A stretch of DNA of 64,000 bases from an uncultured Candidatus Melainabacteria bacterium (lineage in GTDB: Bacteria > Cyanobacteriota > Vampirovibrionia > Gastranaerophilales > Gastranaerophilaceae): the NCBI GenBank assembly GCA_949915775.1, contig CATLEG010000001.1, forward strand, positions 13,292-77,291, in the 5' to 3' direction. The notes under the pieces are model-generated. The model made no database searches, was not told the DNA's origin, and saw only the letters and a list, made by a program, of their open reading frames with translations. The translations under genes were made by a program, and so were the position numbers. Below, piece after piece: positions 58,821 to 64,000 of the stretch (within the stretch, counting starts at the first letter, position 1; each line of letters begins with the position of its first letter).

Positions 58821-60240
58821 TTTCTACCTCAAATAATCTGTTCCATGGAAAACTATAATTTACATTATAATGTACACCCAATTTTTTGAACACTTTTTCT
58901 TCAAAAGGTTTTATAAGTTTGTCAATATCCATAGTGCCTGCTTGTCTGACATTTGCCTGATAAGCCCAATCGTCAAGAAAACGAATAACTTGAAGTTTTT
59001 TGAAATTATAATCAGAAGACTGGCTATTTTCAAAGTAAGAGCTTGACTTCTTGACCTCTTGTCTTCTTGTCATCTTTACAACCGCAGCACAAATAAGACT
59101 TCCCAATGTGTTTGCAGATGTATTCCAAGCAGAATAACCGTAAAAATTGTCGTCTAAATCTGTTTCAAAAAGTTTTTGCACAAAAGCGTTATCAGCTCCA
59201 TTGGCAAATCTAACATCTGCTATCATATAGGGTTTATCAGGTTTTTGCCAGATTCCGGAAAATTGTTTTGTATCAACTTTCATAACAATTTCACCTTGAT
59301 GGTCTTCAAAATTGTTTATATAAAGCAAAATATCTGCCCTTTCAGGCTCGCAAACCTCACATCCTGCAAGCTCTAACTGTCCCAGAACAGATTTTTCTAT
59401 AGATACATCTTCATAATTAGAAATTAAATGTTTGTTTTCCGGTGATAAAAATATTGGAGCAACTTTCAAAGAAGTTTTGGGAGCATAAGAAGACAGACTT
59501 TTTTCATGATAAAGACTTGTCCTCTTGTCTTCTTGCCTTCTTGTCATCTGAATAGCGCGCGCAAGAAGAGTTAGCGGAATTTCATCTGCGCCGGTTTTTA
59601 TAAACCCGCCAAGTTTTTCAAGAGCTTTTGCCTCCTGAACATTAAATCCGAATTCTGCACAGTCATCTTTTGAAAAAACTAATGTTTCAAAAAAACCTGA
59701 CTTTTGCCAATCAAGGTAAAGTTTATTTATTTCAAAATTTCTTTTTCGTGTAGAAAGATAATCCTCTAAAATCTCATCCGGCACTTCTTTTTTACATATC
59801 GTGCCAAATTTATCCATACAATATGAATAATTAAAGATTTTCTTTCCCCATTTATTCCAGTATTCTTTTTCTTCTTCATTAACATTATTATTAGAGATAC
59901 GCATGATGCTTGAAAAAGCATAGATTTTAGCCTGTTTTGTCTTCAGAATATTTTTAAGTTTTTCTATTCTCGTTTTAATTTCTTCAAAAGTATCTGTTGA
60001 ACGTCTGGAAGGAATTAGGCCGCCGTATGCAACTGTATCTAAACACATTACGATAGAATCACATTCAGGCAGACTTTCAAGCCATTTAAAAATTCCATCG
60101 ACATCGGCGGATTTTTTCAAATCACCTAACAAACTGCGTTCCGGAATAAGAAGTTTAATATTTTTATTAATCGCGCAAATCTGCTCCGGTAATGTATAGC
60201 AAACAGGACGATTATCTATTGGAATAAAAGCTATGTTCAT
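58807..60240 (-). CDS. DUF4127-like protein with two in-frame repeat insertions
   Basis: IPIDNRPVC, YGGLIPSR, TGADE, YSAWNTSANTLG, RFLDDWAYQANVR. Confidence 0.75.
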   Translation of the reverse strand: MNIAFIPIDNRPVCYTLPEQICAINKNIKLLIPERSLLGDLKKSADVDGIFKWLESLPECDSIVMCLDTVAYGGLIPSRRSTDTFEEIKTRIEKLKNILKTKQAKIYAFSSIMRISNNNVNEEEKEYWNKWGKKIFNYSYCMDKFGTICKKEVPDEILEDYLSTRKRNFEINKLYLDWQKSGFFETLVFSKDDCAEFGFNVQEAKALEKLGGFIKTGADEIPLTLLARAIQMTRRQEDKRTSLYHEKSLSSYAPKTSLKVAPIFLSPENKHLISNYEDVSIEKSVLGQLELAGCEVCEPERADILLYINNFEDHQGEIVMKVDTKQFSGIWQKPDKPYMIADVRFANGADNAFVQKLFETDLDDNFYGYSAWNTSANTLGSLICAAVVKMTRRQEVKKSSSYFENSQSSDYNFKKLQVIRFLDDWAYQANVRQAGTMDIDKLIKPFEEKVFKKLGVHYNVNYSFPWNRLFEVEIELS

Positions 60241-60287
60241 TATTCTATTATATGTTAATATAAAAATTAAGCAAAAAAGTTAAAATT

Positions 60288-60968
60288 ATGACAAAAATTC
60301 CTGACAAATCACCTGCTGTGATTCATACAATGTTTAATATGATTTCAAAAGAATATGATTTTTTAAACAATCTTATGTCTTTTGGAATACATCAAAATAT
60401 CAAGTTAAAATGTGTTCAAAGTCTTGATATTAAACCGCATGCAAACGTAATAGATTTATGCTGCGGTACAGGTGATATAGCAAGATTAATAAAAAAAGTT
60501 CAACCTCAATCTATAGTTACGGGAATTGATTTTTCCGAGAATATGCTTGAAATAGCGAAAAATAAAAGTGAGGGCATACAATATTTTCAAGGTGATGTGA
60601 CTAATCTTCCATATCCTGATGAAACTTTTGATATAGTTACAATGGGTTTTGGTTTAAGGAATATTCATAATGCTGAAAAAGCTGTTGAAGAAGTTTATAG
60701 AATTCTCAAACCAAACGGACTTTTTTTACATCTTGATTTTGGAGAAAAAAATTTTTTAAGTCATATTTTTGATATGGTTGTTCCATCTGCAATAAAATTA
60801 TTTACCGAAAATTCTCTTCCTTATAAATATTTAATAGAATCTAAAAAAGCTTTTCCAATACCTGCCGATTTGATAAAAGATTTTGAAAGCAAAGGATTTA
60901 AGTTAAATAAGCGTTTAGATTTTATCTCCGGTGTAATTTCTGCACAAATTATGGAAAAAAGGGGTTGA
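60288..60968 (+). CDS. UbiE/MenG-family methyltransferase
   Basis: YDFLNNLMSFGIH, DLCCGTGD, DFSENML, LPYPDETFDIVTMGFGLRN. Confidence 0.9.
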   Translation: MTKIPDKSPAVIHTMFNMISKEYDFLNNLMSFGIHQNIKLKCVQSLDIKPHANVIDLCCGTGDIARLIKKVQPQSIVTGIDFSENMLEIAKNKSEGIQYFQGDVTNLPYPDETFDIVTMGFGLRNIHNAEKAVEEVYRILKPNGLFLHLDFGEKNFLSHIFDMVVPSAIKLFTENSLPYKYLIESKKAFPIPADLIKDFESKGFKLNKRLDFISGVISAQIMEKRG

Positions 60969-60999
60969 AAAATTTTAAAAATAAGTTATAATGTATATA

Positions 61000-61108
61000 T
61001 AGGGAAAAGACTCTAAGAGGTCTCACTCTCTTAAAGTCTTTCTTAACTCCCTATTTGATGAATTTAAGTGCTATGATTATTGCTAAAATAAGCCATAGCG
61101 CTTTTTCT
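61000..61108 (+). ncRNA. Putative antisense antitoxin RNA, locus 2
   Basis: TTGAAA-16-TATAAT promoter (60965-60992); long 5' hairpin; terminator GCTATG..CATAGC + TTTTT overlapping the peptide gene. Confidence 0.6.
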
Positions 61109-61125
61109 GTTATCCAGAAATTCAT
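61051..61125 (-). CDS. Putative type I toxin peptide, locus 2 (24 aa)
   Basis: AAGGAGGTGA SD; MNFWITEKALWLILAIIIALKFIK; extended -10 TGA-TATAAT at 61212-61204. Confidence 0.72.
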   Translation of the reverse strand: MNFWITEKALWLILAIIIALKFIK

Positions 61126-61237
61126 TTTATCACCTCCTTCAACCGTCATTTTCCACTTAACAAGTCTGTGCCGGTGGAGATGGAGAGAGCTTACCCTGAA
61201 ATTATTATATCAAAAATATAATAAATATTATTAAAAT

Positions 61238-62038
61238 TTAAACATTTTTCAAAATTTCCAAAATTAATGTTTTGAATTTAACTTTGGCTGTGTTTGCGGA
61301 TTCAATAACTTCTTCATGTGAAAGTTTTTCGCCGTTTGAAGAGCTTGCAGCATTTGTAATACAGCTTATTCCTAAAACATTTATACCGCAATAATTTGCA
61401 ACAATTGCTTCCGGTACTGTTGACATTCCAACAGCATCACCGCCAAGTTTTCTTATCATTTTTATCTCTGCTGGTGTTTCATATGATGGTCCGGAATTAG
61501 CCCAGTACACACCTTTTTGAATCGAAATTTCTAATTTCTTTGCACAATTTTCTGCTAATTCAATGAGATTTTTTTTATAAACTTCTGACATATCAGGAAA
61601 TCTTTCACCCAGAGTTTCGTCATTTTCTCCGATTAATGGATTATTTCCGAGATTATTAATATGGTCAGTTATAATCATTAAATCAGCCGGTTTAAAACTT
61701 TCGTTAACTGCCCCTGCGGCATTAGTTAAAATAATAGTTTTCACACCCATTTTTTTCATAACTTTTATTGGATAAGTTATTTCTTGCAAAGAATGACCTT
61801 CATAAAAATGGTTTCTACCCTGCATCATCACAACTTTTTTTCCGCAAATTTCAGAAAATATAAGTCTGCCTTTGTGACCTTTTACAGTCGAAGTTATAAA
61901 ATTTGGAATATCGTTATAAGAAATTGCGTAATTACAGTATTCATCCGCAAGTTCACCTAGTCCGGAACCAAGTATAATTCCAATTTCAGGTACAAAATTA
62001 TTAGTTTTTTCTCTTAAAAAATTAATTGTATTTTCCAT
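61238..62038 (-). CDS. punA: Purine nucleoside phosphorylase (trimeric type)
   Basis: ILGSGLG, QGRNHFYEG, TNAAG, GPSYETPAE, AVGMSTVPE. Confidence 0.93.
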   Translation of the reverse strand: MENTINFLREKTNNFVPEIGIILGSGLGELADEYCNYAISYNDIPNFITSTVKGHKGRLIFSEICGKKVVMMQGRNHFYEGHSLQEITYPIKVMKKMGVKTIILTNAAGAVNESFKPADLMIITDHINNLGNNPLIGENDETLGERFPDMSEVYKKNLIELAENCAKKLEISIQKGVYWANSGPSYETPAEIKMIRKLGGDAVGMSTVPEAIVANYCGINVLGISCITNAASSSNGEKLSHEEVIESANTAKVKFKTLILEILKNV

Positions 62039-62050
62039 ATAAACTCCCTA

Positions 62051-62082
62051 ATTAAAAAGTTAGAGTTGCCCCTAACTTTTTT
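62051..62082. terminator. Hairpin terminator upstream of punA
   Basis: AAAAAGTTAG-AGTTGCCC-CTAACTTTTTTT. Confidence 0.65.
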
Positions 62083-62158
62083 TGTAAAATCTGTCTATAC
62101 TATGTGACTATAATGCATTATAAAGATTACCAAAATCTTCCGATTGGGCTATGTAGCA

Positions 62159-62401
62159 CTAACCGACTAATCTGTCATCATCAGCTTCCGCAGCTTTTAC
62201 CATAATGGCATGTTCTACCGGATTTTCTTTTTTATAAGTTGTGTCAAAATTTTCTTCAAATCCGAAATCATCATGTGCTTTTTTAGCTTGAGTTTCGTCT
62301 ACAAGTTTTTTTGCAAGTTCTGCAATTTCATAAACTAATTGATATCTGTTGTCTGTATTTTCATTTAAATCCCAGGCAACTCTTATAATTTGATCCATCA
62401 T
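62159..62401 (-). CDS. rpoZ: RNA polymerase omega subunit-like (cyanobacterial type)
   Basis: NRYQLVYEIAELAKK and NPVEHAI resemble the omega motifs (NRY.....A.RAK / KPV..AI). Confidence 0.55.
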   Translation of the reverse strand: MMDQIIRVAWDLNENTDNRYQLVYEIAELAKKLVDETQAKKAHDDFGFEENFDTTYKKENPVEHAIMVKAAEADDDRLVG

Positions 62402-62496
62402 AATTTTACCTCATTTATTCTTTATATATCCATAGTATAATATAAAAACTTTTTTGGCAAGTAGCAAAATTTTAAGAATTATTGTATAATTAGTTT

Positions 62497-63075
62497 ATGA
62501 AAAAATTTGATGATATTCACAAATTTGTTTGGATAGAGTTTTTAATTTGGTTTTTAATTTTATGTTTTGCTGTTGCAGGAGTTAGAATTTACAAGCATAA
62601 CAGTGAAAAAAAACTTGTAACTTATCAAATTTTTATGCCTGATGTTGATGGAATTATCATTGGTTCACCTGTTAAATTTATGGGTGTACAAGTTGGGCAT
62701 GTCGATAAAATCAAAATAGTTTCAAATGAAGTTTATTTAAAAATAGTTATTACTGATAAAAATCTGATTTTGCCAAAAGGTTCAATTGCAACTGTAGAAT
62801 TTAATGGTATGGGTGGTTCAAAATCTCTTGAAATTTATCCTCCAACTCAAGAAAGTCTAATTTCTGGTAAAATTATTTCTGTACAAAACCCTATTAGATT
62901 AAACGATTCTCTTACTCTTTTAGGCGATATGTTTGATAAAATAAATTCTATTATGGTCAGAACTTCTTTGTTTGCCGATAAAACGGGGGTTATTGATATG
63001 AAACAGGGTGTAGAACTTGATGGGATTCAAAATAATATGAATATACTTGATAAATGGTTAAGGAGTAAAAAATGA
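62497..63075 (+). CDS. mlaD: MlaD/MCE-domain protein
   Basis: TM then DVDGIIIGSPVKFMGVQVGHV; GGSKSLEI. Confidence 0.8.
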   Translation: MKKFDDIHKFVWIEFLIWFLILCFAVAGVRIYKHNSEKKLVTYQIFMPDVDGIIIGSPVKFMGVQVGHVDKIKIVSNEVYLKIVITDKNLILPKGSIATVEFNGMGGSKSLEIYPPTQESLISGKIISVQNPIRLNDSLTLLGDMFDKINSIMVRTSLFADKTGVIDMKQGVELDGIQNNMNILDKWLRSKK

Positions 63076-63716
63076 AAAACGTTAGAATTATAAATAATCC
63101 TGTAGTACTCTTAAATTTATGTACAATGAGAGATAAAAATACTGATAGTCAGGGAGTCAGAATTGCAACCAGAAAAATTACAAGATGTTTGCTTTATGAA
63201 GCTGCCAAAAACCTTCCGCTTGTTGAACGCGAAGTTACAACTCCTTTAACAACATTTATGGCTAAAACGGTTGATCCTGATATTAATTTAATTATTTCAC
63301 CAATATTGAGAGCCGGTTTAATTTTTACCGATGAAGCGATAGATATTTTACCGCAGGCATGTATCAGGCATATTGGAATGTACAGAGATGAAGAAACACT
63401 TAAACCGGTATGGTATTACAATAAAGTTCCGATGGAAGCTCCAAATCCGGAAAAATTTTATATTTACATTACTGATCCTATGCTTGCAACAGGAAATTCA
63501 CTTATAGAAGCAATAAAATTATATGCAGACAAAGGTATTCCAATTTCGAATATAAAATGTCTTTGTATAATTGCAGCACCTCAGGGTATTGAAAATATTC
63601 ATAAACATTATCCGGATATTGAAATTATCACTGCTGCTGTAGATGAATGTCTGAATGAAAAGGGTTATATTGTCCCTGGTATGGGTGATGCAGGTGATAG
63701 AATTTTTAACACATAA
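63072..63716 (+). CDS. upp: Uracil phosphoribosyltransferase
   Basis: PILRAG, HIGMYRDEETLKP, DPMLATGNS, YIVPGMGDAGDR. Confidence 0.95.
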   Translation: MKNVRIINNPVVLLNLCTMRDKNTDSQGVRIATRKITRCLLYEAAKNLPLVEREVTTPLTTFMAKTVDPDINLIISPILRAGLIFTDEAIDILPQACIRHIGMYRDEETLKPVWYYNKVPMEAPNPEKFYIYITDPMLATGNSLIEAIKLYADKGIPISNIKCLCIIAAPQGIENIHKHYPDIEIITAAVDECLNEKGYIVPGMGDAGDRIFNT

Positions 63717-63742
63717 AATTTTTATGTTAAAATAATTACGAT

Positions 63743-63816
63743 GGCTTCGTAGCTCAGCAGGATAGAGCAGCGGTTTCCTAAACCGAAGATCGCGCGTTCG
63801 AATCGCGCCGGGGCCA
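63743..63816 (+). tRNA. tRNA-Arg(CCT)
   Basis: Acceptor GGCTTCG/CGGGGCC; anticodon loop TTCCTAA; T arm GCGCG-TTCGAAT-CGCGC. Confidence 0.93.
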
Positions 63817-63967
63817 GTTTCTTTTTCTTTGCTAAAAAGAAAAAGAAACCAAAAAGAAAAGACCACTTGGGCTTTGGACAAGTTTTTATTGGGTTGTTCA
63901 AAAGAAAGTATCACTTGGGTAGTTTTGGAGTTTGACGGTTTTGGTTTTTAAAGAGGCTTTTGGTAAC

Positions 63968-64000
63968 GATAAGAACGCAAAGTGCGTTCGAGCGCGAGTG
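63968..64000 (+). repeat. Start of a third tRNA-linked element (truncated by window edge)
   Basis: GATAAGAACGC...GTGCGTTCGAGCGCGAGTG matches 53022-53070. Confidence 0.7.

Overview
AT-rich (roughly 30% GC by eye) bacterial chromosome segment. It is most consistent with a non-photosynthetic cyanobacterial relative (Melainabacteria/Gastranaerophilales); this is an inference from an LdpA-like Fe-S protein, a cyanobacterial-type RNAP omega-like protein, a PBP-A/class A beta-lactamase-like protein and no photosynthesis genes in the window. The backbone is housekeeping: lepA, xerC, yihA, a marR-emrA-emrB-emrB / tolC efflux cluster, prs, clpB, der, mgtE, speE, nudF, lipA, asd, aroC, xerD, wecB, rseP, mntP, ubiE-like, punA, mlaD, upp, plus tRNA-Ile(GAT) and three tRNA-Arg genes (CCG, TCT, CCT). 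The strongest accessory signal is a 4.7-kb large-serine-recombinase island (16371-21100) inserted at the CCA end of tRNA-Ile. Its attachment site lies inside the recombinase gene, so integration swaps the integrase C-terminus. The island carries a CI/Cro switch and a cos-like site but no replication or virion genes. Other signals absent from the ORF track: (1) two type I toxin-antitoxin-like loci, each a 24-26 aa hydrophobic peptide with a convergent antisense RNA; (2) a structured ~180-bp repeat downstream of all three tRNA-Arg genes that ends in a copy of the tRNA 3' arm; (3) several short palindromic or octamer repeat families, some inserted in frame into genes; (4) a shared 5' leader in front of speE and rseP; (5) pervasive leaderless-type promoters (-10 box, 6 nt, ATG); (6) a MuF-like/M23 toxin-immunity-like array; (7) an Hcp homologue that has lost its cluster ligands; (8) a GIY-YIG/DUF2075 defence candidate. 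All family assignments are from motif recognition by eye; no database searches were run.
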